A stretch of 47,388 nucleotides of DNA from an uncultured Planctomycetaceae bacterium (GTDB lineage Bacteria; Planctomycetota; Planctomycetia; Pirellulales; UBA1268): positions 1 to 47,388 of the forward strand of contig CAIKWU010000569.1 in NCBI GenBank assembly GCA_903831155.1, in the 5' to 3' direction. This document shows, in pieces, positions 18,603 to 27,277 of the stretch. A program made the position numbers and the translations under genes. The notes under the pieces were generated by a model. It made no database searches. It was not told where the DNA came from and saw nothing but the letters and a program-made list of their open reading frames with translations. Positions within the stretch are counted from its first letter, which is position 1; each line of letters opens with the position of its first letter.

Positions 18603-19930
18603 AGCAGCGCGCTCGCCAGGTCGGCGAGTTCCGAACGCTCTCCCTTCTCCAGCGTCACGTGGGCGTAGAGCGGCTGGCCGGACATCCGGTGGATCAGGTA
18701 ACTGAGGCCGTTGGAGAGGGCGTCGAGGTAGGGCTGGTCGATCTGGGCCACGTCGCCGGTGAACACGATCTTGGTGCCCTCGCCGGCCCGCGTGATGATC
18801 GTCTTCACTTCATGCGGCGTGAGGTTCTGGGCCTCGTCGACGATGAAGAACATCCGCTGGAGGCTGCGGCCGCGAATGTAGGCCAGCGGCGTGATCACGA
18901 GCTTCTCCGCCTCCCGCATGTCGTTGATCCGCTGCGCGGCCTGCGTGTCGTCGCCGCACTGGTGGCGGATCACGGTGAGGTTGTCGTAGAGCGGCTGCAT
19001 GTAGGGATCGAGCTTGTCGGCGATGTCGCCCGGCAGGAACCCGAGGTCGCGATTGGAGAGCGGCACCACCGGCCGGGCGAGCATGATCTGGCGGTACTTC
19101 TGCCGGCTCTCGAGGGCGGCCGCCAGCGCCAGCAGCGTCTTGCCGGTGCCGGCCGTGCCCGCGAGGGTGACCAGCCGGATCGAGTCGTCCATCAGGGCCT
19201 TGAGCGCGAACGACTGTTCGGCATTCCGCGGCGTGATGCCGTAGCAGGTGAGCTTCTCGACGCGATGAAAGGAGTCGTCGCCGCGGCGGTAGGTGGCGAG
19301 CGCCGACTTGCTGCCGTTGCGGAGCACGAAGTTCTCGTTGGCCAGCGGGGCCTGCGGGAGCGGGAGCATCGCCGCCGGGAGCACGCCGCCGTTGGCGTAG
19401 AGGTGGTCGATCGTCTCCGAGGCGAGCCCCTCGATCACGCGTCGACCGGAGTAGAGCTTGTCGAAGCCCTGCACCTTGTCGCTCTTGTAGTCCTGGGCGT
19501 TGATGCCCAGCGACTTCGCCTTCATCCGCAGGTTCGTGTCCTTCGACACGAGCACCACCTGCCGTGGCGCCTCCTCGGCCTGGATCGCGAGCGTGGTCTG
19601 GAGGATCCGGTGGTCGGGCGTGTCCTGGAGGAAGGCGTCGTCGAGCCGCGGGGCCGTTCCGCGGCCGAGCACCACGCGGATCGAGCCGAGACCGTCGCCG
19701 AGCGGGCTGCCCTCGCGGGAGAGCACGTCGCCGGTGAGGGCGTCGAGCCGGCGGAGAAACTCGCGGGCCTGGAAGTGGATGTCTTCGTTGCCGCGCTTGA
19801 ACTGGTCGAGCTCCTCGAGCACCGTGATCGGCACGGCCACATCGTGCTCGGCGAACTTCCGCAGGCAGCCGCTGTCGTGAAGGATCACGTTCGTGTCGAG
19901 CACGAACAGCTTGGGACGGGCGTCGGACAT
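18599..19930 (-). CDS. PhoH2-type protein (N-terminal PIN domain fused to PhoH-like ATPase, YlaK-like)
   Basis: PIN domain: [13 protein letters not shown]. PhoH P-loop: [18 protein letters not shown], then [14 protein letters not shown]. Start chosen at the ATG at 19930, preceded by GGGAGGAACG. The track start at 19975 adds 15 poorly coding residues. Confidence 0.9.
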   Translation of the reverse strand: MSDARPKLFVLDTNVILHDSGCLRKFAEHDVAVPITVLEELDQFKRGNEDIHFQAREFLRRLDALTGDVLSREGSPLGDGLGSIRVVLGRGTAPRLDDAFLQDTPDHRILQTTLAIQAEEAPRQVVLVSKDTNLRMKAKSLGINAQDYKSDKVQGFDKLYSGRRVIEGLASETIDHLYANGGVLPAAMLPLPQAPLANENFVLRNGSKSALATYRRGDDSFHRVEKLTCYGITPRNAEQSFALKALMDDSIRLVTLAGTAGTGKTLLALAAALESRQKYRQIMLARPVVPLSNRDLGFLPGDIADKLDPYMQPLYDNLTVIRHQCGDDTQAAQRINDMREAEKLVITPLAYIRGRSLQRMFFIVDEAQNLTPHEVKTIITRAGEGTKIVFTGDVAQIDQPYLDALSNGLSYLIHRMSGQPLYAHVTLEKGERSELADLASALL

Positions 19931-20247
19931 CGTTCCTCCCATGAACGATCCGCGGCGATCCCTGCAGCGCCGCACCGCATTCCGCTACGGGGAATCGTAC
20001 GCCTCGGGATCCTGCGTGGGCAGACCGATTTTTCGCCGGCCGACGGCGATCGTGAGCGTTTCATGAGCGGACCGCGCTCGGTTGCGAGGGGCTGCCCGTG
20101 ACCCGTCGCCGGACGGTCGCGGCGGCCGTTGCGTTCCGCACCTAGCGGTCGTTCGAGACGCATCCCGTGCCTCACGGCGCGGGCCGGGACGTCGGAACCA
20201 CCGCGCGATAGAGTAGACGAAACGTCTCACGATCCCGGGGCCCTGGC

Positions 20248-20799
20248 ATGGAATCGCTGTCCGGAAAGCTTCTCGTCGCCTCGCCTCGGCTGCGCGACGC
20301 CACCTTCGGCCGATCGGTGGTGCTCGTGATCCACCACGAGCCGCAGGGGGCCTTCGGGCTCGTGCTCACGCGCCGTGGCGACACGAACCTCGCGACGATC
20401 TGGCAGGAGTCGATCCACGAACCCTGCCCGCTCGACGTGCCGCTGATGATCGGCGGGCCGCTGGAGGGCCCGCTGCTGGCCGTCCACGCCAATCCCGGCT
20501 GCGCGGATCACGAGATCATGCCGGGCATCTACTTCACGAGGCACCGCGACCAGATCGCCGCGATCCTGGCGGAGGAGAGCCTGCCGCTGCGGGTGTTCAG
20601 CGGCTACTCGGGCTGGGGCTCGGGGCAGCTGGAGGCCGAACTCGAGGACGGATCATGGGGCGTGACCGCCGCCACGGCCGATTTCGTGTTCAGCGACGAG
20701 GCGACCCTCTGGCGACGCGTCACCAGACGCGTCGCCGACGAGCGGCTGGTCGAGTGGCTCGGCGTCAGGGACGTACCCGAGGAACCGTGGCACAACTGA
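20248..20799 (+). CDS. YqgE/AlgH family protein (UPF0301)
   Basis: 183 aa. The segments LLVASPRLRDATFGRSVVLVIHHEPQGAFGLVLTR and SGYSGWGSGQLEAELEDGSW are typical of the family. Confidence 0.85.
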   Translation: MESLSGKLLVASPRLRDATFGRSVVLVIHHEPQGAFGLVLTRRGDTNLATIWQESIHEPCPLDVPLMIGGPLEGPLLAVHANPGCADHEIMPGIYFTRHRDQIAAILAEESLPLRVFSGYSGWGSGQLEAELEDGSWGVTAATADFVFSDEATLWRRVTRRVADERLVEWLGVRDVPEEPWHN

Positions 20800-20912
20800 C
20801 CCGCCGGCTTCCGGAGCACGAGCGCGTGCCGGGTAGACTCGTCGGTCGCTCGACCGGTGCGGGCCGCGACCCGCGTCCGAGCATCGCCCCCTGCATCGAG
20901 AAAGGACGGGCC

Positions 20913-21143
20913 ATGGCTCGCAAGAAACGTCGTGAATCCGCCCGCAGCCGCCGACCTTCCGTCGATGCGGAGGCGACGTACGTCTGCGAGTCGTGTGGCG
21001 AGGAGATCGTCGTTCCGGTCGACGTGTCCGCCGGCGCCCATCAGGACTACGTCGAGGACTGCCCCGTCTGCTGCCACCCGATGCGGCTGCACGTCGACCT
21101 CGACGACGACGGCGAAGCCCATGTCGCCGGCGAGCACGAGTAG
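20913..21143 (+). CDS. CPXCG-motif cysteine-rich small protein (zinc-ribbon)
   Basis: 76 aa from the ATG at 20913, with RBS GAGAAAGGA upstream. Two Cys pairs: CESCGEE and DCPVCCHPM. Confidence 0.75.
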   Translation: MARKKRRESARSRRPSVDAEATYVCESCGEEIVVPVDVSAGAHQDYVEDCPVCCHPMRLHVDLDDDGEAHVAGEHE

Positions 21144-21179
21144 CCTGCCACGTTGCATTGCCGCCGTCAGGGAGATGCC

Positions 21180-21770
21180 ATGGCCAGCAGACAGCCCGCG
21201 ATCGTCGTGACCGGCGGCCCCGGTGGCGGCAAGACCACGGCCCTCGATCTCTTTCAGAGGGAGCTGAAACACGAGGTGCAGGTGGTGCCGGAGTCGGCCA
21301 CGCTGCTCTTCTCGCACGGCCTCACGAAGGACGGAACGCCCGGGAATGCCCACAGGCTGCAGCTGGCCGTCTACCGGATGCAGGTCAGCCTGGAGACGAT
21401 CTTTCGGGACAGTTTCCCTGACCGCCTCCTGCTCTGCGACCGCGGCACGCTCGATGGGGCAGCCTACTGGCCGGGAGACGAGGCGGATTTTTACGGCGCC
21501 GTGGGCTCATCCTTCGAGGCGGAGGCCGCACGGTACGACGCCGTGGTGTTTTTCGAGACGGCCGCCGCCCGCGGCGAGGACGTGCGGAGCAACAATCCCT
21601 ACCGCTCCGAAACCTTGGAGGCCGCCGTGCAGCTCGACGCGAGGCTTCGCCGCGTGTGGGAGCGGCATCCCCGGTTTCACTTCATCCCGAGCGAAACGTC
21701 GTTCCTGCGGAAGATCGCCAACGGACTGCAGGCGATCCAGGGCGTGCTGGCCGCGACGAAGTCGTCATGA
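21180..21770 (+). CDS. AAA-type ATP-binding protein (AAA_28/NadR-C-terminal-like)
   Basis: P-loop IVVTGGPGGGKTT near the N-terminus, then LLCDRGTLD. About 196 aa from the ATG at 21180, with GGGAG upstream. Confidence 0.7.
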   Translation: MASRQPAIVVTGGPGGGKTTALDLFQRELKHEVQVVPESATLLFSHGLTKDGTPGNAHRLQLAVYRMQVSLETIFRDSFPDRLLLCDRGTLDGAAYWPGDEADFYGAVGSSFEAEAARYDAVVFFETAAARGEDVRSNNPYRSETLEAAVQLDARLRRVWERHPRFHFIPSETSFLRKIANGLQAIQGVLAATKSS

Positions 21771-21798
21771 CGGGCCGCCGCAGGCGGAAATCGAAGAG

Positions 21799-21872
21799 TG
21801 CCCCGTCTTGGACTCGAACCAAGAACCCTCTGATTAAGAGTCAGATGCTCTGACCAATTGAGCTAACGGGGC
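21799..21872 (-). tRNA. tRNA-Lys (anticodon CTT), CCA not encoded
   Basis: The reverse complement folds as a 74-nt cloverleaf. Acceptor GCCCCGT/ACGGGGC, D arm GCTC-AATTGGTCA-GAGC, anticodon arm TCTGA-CTCTTAA-TCAGA, T arm CTTGG-TTCGAGT-CCAAG, discriminator A followed by CTC. Confidence 0.9.
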
Positions 21873-21965
21873 TGCGCGACCACTTTTCTACCCACCCCGC
21901 CATCGCCCGGCAAGGGTCGGCACGTCGGGCCGCGGCTGCACGTGCGGTTGCGGCGCGAGCCCGCG

Positions 21966-21995
21966 TTGCAGGGTTTTTGCCCGAGCGGCTACATT
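21966..21995 (+). promoter_or_regulatory. candidate sigma70-like promoter of fabI (TTGCAG-18 nt-TACATT)
   Basis: Hexamers at 21966-21971 and 21990-21995 in the 212-nt tRNA-fabI spacer. Pattern match by eye only. Confidence 0.25.
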
Positions 21996-22084
21996 CCGCG
22001 CTCCTGCGGACGGGCTGCGCCCGGCCGCGAGTTCGGGCCCGCCCTCCGCGGGCCGTCCAGAAACCGCACTCCGGAGACGACTCG

Positions 22085-22918
22085 ATGGGCAGGTTCGACG
22101 GGATGAAGGGGCTCGTGCTCGGCGTGGCCAACGATCACTCGATCGCCTGGGCGATCGCGAAGATCATCATGGCCGAGGGCGGCCAGATCGGCTTCACCCA
22201 TCTGCCCGACCGGCCCGACGACGAACGGCAGCGAAATCGCCGCCGCGTCTCCCTGCTCACCGACCCCGAGCCGAACGCGAAGTTCCTGGTTCCGATGGAC
22301 GTGTCGAGCGACGACCAGATCGCCGGCGTCATGGACCGGGCCAAGCAGGAGTTCGGCACGATCGACTTCCTGCTCCACTCGATCGCCTTCGCACCGCTGG
22401 AGGACCTCAAGGGCGAGACCACCAACTGCAGCCGCGAGGGCTTCCGGTTGGCGATGGAGACGAGTGCCTACAGCCTGCTGGCCGTCGGCCGGCTCTCCCG
22501 CGACTTCCTCTCGAAGGACTCGTCGATCCTCACCCTCACCTACTTCGGCGGTGAGAAGGTGGTGCCCGGCTACAACATCATGGGCGTGTGCAAGGCCACG
22601 CTCGACATGTGCATGCGGTACATGGCGTTCGACCTCGGTCCCGCCGGCGTCCGGGTCAACGCGGTGAGCGCGGGCCCGCTGCGGACGCTCGCCGGCCGCG
22701 GCGCGGGCGTGGACGACATGCTCGGCCTCTACCAGCACATGTCGCCCATGGGCCGCAACATCACCCACGAGGAGGTCGGCAAGGCCGGGGCCTGGCTGCT
22801 GTCCCGCGACTCGCAGGGGATCTCCGGCGAGATCCTCCATGTCGATGCGGGCTACAACGTGATGGGCTCGCCCGGACGGCTTCTCGACCTCGTCCCCAAG
22901 CAGGCGGCGAAGGAGTGA
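22085..22918 (+). CDS. fabI: enoyl-[acyl-carrier-protein] reductase (NADH), FabI
   Basis: MKGLVLGVANDHSIAWAIA, LLHSIAFAP, and the Y-x6-K catalytic pair in YNIMGVCKATLD. Start chosen at the ATG at 22085. Confidence 0.9.
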   Translation: MGRFDGMKGLVLGVANDHSIAWAIAKIIMAEGGQIGFTHLPDRPDDERQRNRRRVSLLTDPEPNAKFLVPMDVSSDDQIAGVMDRAKQEFGTIDFLLHSIAFAPLEDLKGETTNCSREGFRLAMETSAYSLLAVGRLSRDFLSKDSSILTLTYFGGEKVVPGYNIMGVCKATLDMCMRYMAFDLGPAGVRVNAVSAGPLRTLAGRGAGVDDMLGLYQHMSPMGRNITHEEVGKAGAWLLSRDSQGISGEILHVDAGYNVMGSPGRLLDLVPKQAAKE

Positions 22919-22937
22919 TGCCCGGAGCGACACGGTC

Positions 22938-23321
22938 GTGATCATGATCGCGGTCGCCGTGGTCATCCGGCACGGCGAGGTGCTGGTGGGCCGCCGCGAC
23001 GCCGGGGCGGTCGACGCGGCCGGCCTCGACGAGTTTCCCGGAGGGAAGGTCGAGGTGGGCGAGTCACCGGCAGACGCCGCCGCCCGCGAGTGTGTCGAGG
23101 AGGCCGGCGTCGCCGTGCGGATCGACACGCTTCTCGACCGTGCCTCGGGGGAAGCCGCTTCGGGGCCGATCGACATCCTGTTCTTCGCCGCCACGCCGCT
23201 CGACGACCGCGCGGAGCCGCTCGTGCCGTTCGCGTGGGTGCCGCTCGCCGAACTCGCGTCGTTCGATTTCCCACCCGCCAACGCCGGCGTGCTCGCCCGG
23301 CTCGCTCAGGGCGGATCGTAG
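22938..23321 (+). CDS. Nudix hydrolase (MutT-like)
   Basis: Nudix box GGKVEVGESPADAAARECVEEAGV. 127 aa. Confidence 0.85.
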   Translation: MIMIAVAVVIRHGEVLVGRRDAGAVDAAGLDEFPGGKVEVGESPADAAARECVEEAGVAVRIDTLLDRASGEAASGPIDILFFAATPLDDRAEPLVPFAWVPLAELASFDFPPANAGVLARLAQGGS

Positions 23322-23563
23322 CCGCCGGGATTCCACGGATGGCAGCGGCCGATGCGGGCGAGGCCCTTTGCCGCCCCGCGCACGGCGCCGTACTTCTCGA
23401 CGGCCTCGCGAAAATAGCTGCTGCACGTCGGCTGAAAGCGGCAGTGACGTCCGAGCAGCGGGCTGAGCGTGCACTTGTAGACGACCACGGCGGCGATCAA
23501 TGCCGCCGACGCGGCGCGGTCGCAGAGCCGGCAGAGGCCACGGCGGACGTCGCCCGTCATCAC
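23306..23563 (-). CDS. yidD: membrane protein insertion efficiency factor YidD
   Basis: CRFQPTCSSYFREAVEKYGAVRGAAKGLARIGRCHPWNPGGYDPP. The start is either GTG at 23563 or ATG at 23560, and both overlap the rnpA stop. Confidence 0.9.
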   Translation of the reverse strand: MMTGDVRRGLCRLCDRAASAALIAAVVVYKCTLSPLLGRHCRFQPTCSSYFREAVEKYGAVRGAAKGLARIGRCHPWNPGGYDPP

Positions 23564-23997
23564 CGCCTCCGCTTCGGCTTCGCCGGCCCGTCGGCCCGCG
23601 GCCGGGGAATGGCCTCGGCATATCCGCGACGGCCGACCACCCGCGCCGCCAGCGACGCGATCGCCGACTCGACCTCGCGGACGCCCGCCGCGCCGGACGG
23701 CGCCTCTCCCGACCGCACGACGATCACGAAGTCATTGCCGACGGGCAGGTCGGGGCGAACCGCACGAAACGCCTCGCGGAGCCGCCGCTTCCAGCGGTTT
23801 CGCACCACCGCCGATCCGATCCGCCGGGATACCGACAGCCCGACCCGCAGGGCCGACGGGTCAGCCCGGTTCACGGCGGCGTAGAGCACGAGCGACCCGA
23901 CCGAGGCGCTCTGCCGCGTGTCGTAGACCCGCGAGAAATCCCCGGGCCGCAGGAGCCGCATCCGCCGCGGAAACCCGGCCGGCGGCGGCGTACTCAC
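23560..23997 (-). CDS. rnpA: ribonuclease P protein component
   Basis: LLRPGDFSRVY...RVGLSVSRRIGSAVVRNRWKRRLREAFR is the RNR motif region. GTG at 23997 is preceded by AGGA. ATG at 23961 is an alternative start. Confidence 0.85.
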   Translation of the reverse strand: MSTPPPAGFPRRMRLLRPGDFSRVYDTRQSASVGSLVLYAAVNRADPSALRVGLSVSRRIGSAVVRNRWKRRLREAFRAVRPDLPVGNDFVIVVRSGEAPSGAAGVREVESAIASLAARVVGRRGYAEAIPRPRADGPAKPKRRR

Positions 23998-24008
23998 GCG
24001 TCGTTCCT

Positions 24009-24971
24009 TCACCACTTCAGCAGCGTCCGCGGGCTCGCACCGGCTCCCTGAGCCGCCTTCGCGGCGTCGAGCAGCTTCTCGAGGCTCGCGGCATCGCCGG
24101 TCTCGGGCAGCACGATCTGCACCTCGGCGATCAGGTCGCCCTTCGCACCGTTGGCATGCCGCACGCCCATGCCCCCGGCCCGGAGCTTCTTCCCGCTGCT
24201 CGTCCGCGGCGGCACCTTGAGCGCGATCGTGCCCCATGGCGTGGGCACGTCGACTTTCGCCCCCTCGATCGCCTCGGCGAGCGTCACGGGAAGCGTCACC
24301 TCGAGCGTGTCGCCGTCGCGGCGAAACACCGGGTGGGGCTCGATCCCCACCTCGAGCACGAGGTCGCCGGCCGGACCGCCTCCGCCGCCGGGCTGCCCCT
24401 GGCCGCGAAGCCGCATGCGGGCGCCGTCGGGAACGCCCTGTGGGATCGTCACGCTGATCGTCTCCCGCTTGCCGCCGCGGTCGAACTGCAGGTCGGTCTT
24501 GCCGCCGTCGATCGCGAGCCGGAACGGGATCGTGATCTTCGCGGTGACGTCCTCACCCGGCGTCTGGGCCTGGCGCCGCCGCCGCCCGCCGCCGGCCCGG
24601 GGCTGGCCGCCGCCGAACAGCTGCTCGAAGCCGCCGGCGCCGCCGAAGAGGCTCTCGATGTCGATCTCCGCGCCGCCGCCTCCGCCGGGAAACCCACCTC
24701 CCTGGAACGGCCCGCCGCCCCAGCCTCCGCGGGGCCCGCCGCCACCGACGCCCTCGAACGAGCTGCCGTAGCGGTCGTACATCTCCCGCTTGCTCTGATC
24801 GTTGAGCACGTCGAACGCGGCCTGCACCTGCTTGAACTTCTCCTTCGCGGAGTCGTCGTCGGGATGCAGGTCGGGATGGTACTTGCGGGCGAGCTCGCGG
24901 TAGGCCTTGCGGATGTCCTCGGCCGACGCGGTCCGCGGCACGCCGAGCGTCTGGTAGTGGTCATCCGCCAT
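24009..24971 (-). CDS. J-domain co-chaperone without zinc-finger region (CbpA/class-B DnaJ-like)
   Basis: J domain DHYQTLGVPRTASAEDIRKAYRELARKYHPDLHPDD, then a Gly-rich linker and DnaJ C-terminal beta domains. No CxxCxGxG repeats are present. Confidence 0.85.
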   Translation of the reverse strand: MADDHYQTLGVPRTASAEDIRKAYRELARKYHPDLHPDDDSAKEKFKQVQAAFDVLNDQSKREMYDRYGSSFEGVGGGGPRGGWGGGPFQGGGFPGGGGGAEIDIESLFGGAGGFEQLFGGGQPRAGGGRRRRQAQTPGEDVTAKITIPFRLAIDGGKTDLQFDRGGKRETISVTIPQGVPDGARMRLRGQGQPGGGGGPAGDLVLEVGIEPHPVFRRDGDTLEVTLPVTLAEAIEGAKVDVPTPWGTIALKVPPRTSSGKKLRAGGMGVRHANGAKGDLIAEVQIVLPETGDAASLEKLLDAAKAAQGAGASPRTLLKW

Positions 24972-25074
24972 CGAAACGGGCTCTCCGCGGCCAGGCATGC
25001 GACGAAACGCCGATTCTAGGAGCGTCGGTGCGGCCCCTCAAGCCGGCGACCTGCGCCCGCCGTGGCCCGCCGCC

Positions 25075-27234
25075 TCACGGCGTCGCGGACTTCACCTCGG
25101 CGTCGGCGGTGCTCGCGGACCGCTGCTCCAGGAACTCGGACTGGCACCGCCGCGAAGGCTCCCCGTCGGCCGGCGCGAGCCGCCGCCAGGTCCCGTCGGG
25201 ATCGAGCCGCCGCGCCCGCACGTTGTCGGCCAGATAGAAGGGCACGATCTCGCGAAGCACCCGGGCGGCGAGTTCGGGCGCGAGCAGCGGAAACATCACC
25301 TCCACCCGCCGGAAGAAGTTCCGCGGCATCCAGTCGGCGCTCGAAAGGAACACCTTCGCCTCCTCGTCGGGCCCGAACACGTAGATCCGGCTGTGCTCGA
25401 GGAACCGGTCGATCACGCTTCGCACGCGGATCGTCTCACTGAGCCCCGGCACGCCCGGCCGCAGGCCGCAGATGCCGCGGGCCACGATGTCGATGGGCAC
25501 CCCCGCCTGGCTGGCGCGGTAGAGCGACTCGATCACGCGGTGATCGACGATCGCATTGAGCTTCGCGAAGATCCGCGACGGCTGCCCTGCCTCGGCCCTG
25601 CGGGTCTGCTCGTCGATGAGCTCGATCGTCCGGCGATGCAGGTCGTTGGGGGCCACGATCAGCCGCTGCCAGGGATGGCCCTGGGAGTAGCCCGTGAGCA
25701 GGTTGAAGAGCGCCGACGCGTCCTCGGCCATCGCCTCGTCGGCCGTGAACAGGCCGGCGTCGGTGTAGGAGAGCGCGGTCGTGGGGTTGTAGTTGCCGGT
25801 GCCGAGATGCACGTATCGCCGCAGCCCCTGCCCTTCCTGGCGGACCACCATCGACACCTTGCAGTGGGTCTTCAGGTCGAGGAATCCGAACACCACGTGC
25901 ACGCCCGCCCGCTCCATCTGCCGCGCCCAGCTCACGTTGTTCGCCTCGTCGAACCGCGCCTTGAGCTCCACGAGCGCCGTGACGTGCTTGCCCGACTCGG
26001 CCGCCGCCATCAGGGCCCGCGAGATCGGCGAGTCGCCGCTCGTGCGGTAGAGCGTCTGCTTGATCGCGAGCACGCGGGGGTCGGCCGCTGCGGCGGTCAC
26101 GAACTCCACCACCGGGTCGAACGACTCGTAGGGATGATGGAGGAGGATGTCCCGCTGGGCGATGGCCGCGAAGATGTCGGGCCCCCGCCGCTCCAGGCCG
26201 CGCGGGATGCGGGGCGTGAAGGGCTTGTCGTGCAGCCGCTCGAACCCCGGCAGCTTGTAGAGCTCCCAGAGCGAGGTCAGGTCGAGCGGTCCGTCGATGC
26301 GATAGACCTCGCTGTAGTCGTCGCCGTGGCCGTGGGCGGAGCCCTGCAGCCCCTCCTCGTCGATGATCATCTGGGCGAGCGTGTCGTCGGCCCGCGACGC
26401 GATCTCGATCCGCACCGCCTGGCCCCGCTGCCGGGCCTTGATGCGGTCCTCGATCAGCTTGAGCATGTCGTCCGACTCCTGCTCGAGCAGGTCGACGTCG
26501 CTGTCGCGGGTGATGCGGAAGGCCGTCCATGCCTCCACTTCGAACCCGCCGAAGAGCTCCGGCAGCCGCGCGGAGACCACGTCCTCCAGCAGCACGAACG
26601 GGAACGTGCCCGGCTCGCCGCCCGAGAGGGCCACGATCCGCGGCAGCACCTGCGGGACCTGCACCACGGCGAACATCCGCTTGGGGCCGAGCCCCTCGCC
26701 GCGATGCAGCATCACGCCGAGGTAGAGGCCGCGGTTGTGGTAGCGGGGCGACGGGTGGGCCGGGTCGACCGCCATCGGCGTGAGGATCGGCAGGGCCCGC
26801 TCCCGGAAGAACCGGTCCACCTGCTCCCGCTGCGGCCCCTCGAGCGACTCGTATCGCAACAGCCGGAAGCCCTCGGCCGTCATCGCCGGCCCGATGCTCT
26901 CCCGCACGCAGCGATACTGCCGCGCCACGAGCTCCTGCGTCCGCGAGGCGATCGCCTTGAGCTGGGTGAGGGCCGTCATGCCGTCGGGCGAATAGTCCTG
27001 CGGAGCGCTCTCGCCGAAGGCCTGCTCCCGCAGCCCCGACACGCGGATCATGAAGAACTCGTCGAGATTCGAGCTGACGATGGCGAGGAACTTGAGCCGC
27101 TCCATCAGCGGGTTGTCGGGGTTCTCGGCTTCCTCCAGCACCCGCTGGTTGAAGTCGAGCCAGCTCAGCTCACGATTGATGAAGCACTCCGGCCCGAAGG
27201 TGGTGCCCGTCGCCTCGTCTCCGACCGTCGCCAT
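25075..27234 (-). CDS. ppk: polyphosphate kinase 1
   Basis: 719 aa. FINRELSWLDFNQRVLEEA, NLDEFFMIRV, and PLD-like HxK segments (CKVSMVVR...). Confidence 0.95.
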   Translation of the reverse strand: MATVGDEATGTTFGPECFINRELSWLDFNQRVLEEAENPDNPLMERLKFLAIVSSNLDEFFMIRVSGLREQAFGESAPQDYSPDGMTALTQLKAIASRTQELVARQYRCVRESIGPAMTAEGFRLLRYESLEGPQREQVDRFFRERALPILTPMAVDPAHPSPRYHNRGLYLGVMLHRGEGLGPKRMFAVVQVPQVLPRIVALSGGEPGTFPFVLLEDVVSARLPELFGGFEVEAWTAFRITRDSDVDLLEQESDDMLKLIEDRIKARQRGQAVRIEIASRADDTLAQMIIDEEGLQGSAHGHGDDYSEVYRIDGPLDLTSLWELYKLPGFERLHDKPFTPRIPRGLERRGPDIFAAIAQRDILLHHPYESFDPVVEFVTAAAADPRVLAIKQTLYRTSGDSPISRALMAAAESGKHVTALVELKARFDEANNVSWARQMERAGVHVVFGFLDLKTHCKVSMVVRQEGQGLRRYVHLGTGNYNPTTALSYTDAGLFTADEAMAEDASALFNLLTGYSQGHPWQRLIVAPNDLHRRTIELIDEQTRRAEAGQPSRIFAKLNAIVDHRVIESLYRASQAGVPIDIVARGICGLRPGVPGLSETIRVRSVIDRFLEHSRIYVFGPDEEAKVFLSSADWMPRNFFRRVEVMFPLLAPELAARVLREIVPFYLADNVRARRLDPDGTWRRLAPADGEPSRRCQSEFLEQRSASTADAEVKSATP

Positions 27235-27277
27235 GCCTCGCGTCGCTCCAGGTGCACGGCGATCGCCGTCTCGTCGA

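Noticed and set aside
21780-21900. tRNA-Lys as a possible integration hotspot or genomic-island border.
   Set aside because: There is no integrase, no duplicated tRNA 3' segment and no compositional shift on either side. The flanking genes are ordinary (an ATPase and fabI).
27233-27235. ATG at 27233 as the start of the CitG-like gene.
   Set aside because: It would overlap the divergent ppk start codon within one CATG, leaving no promoter or RBS. It is kept only as an alternative, and GTG 27278 is reported instead with reduced confidence.
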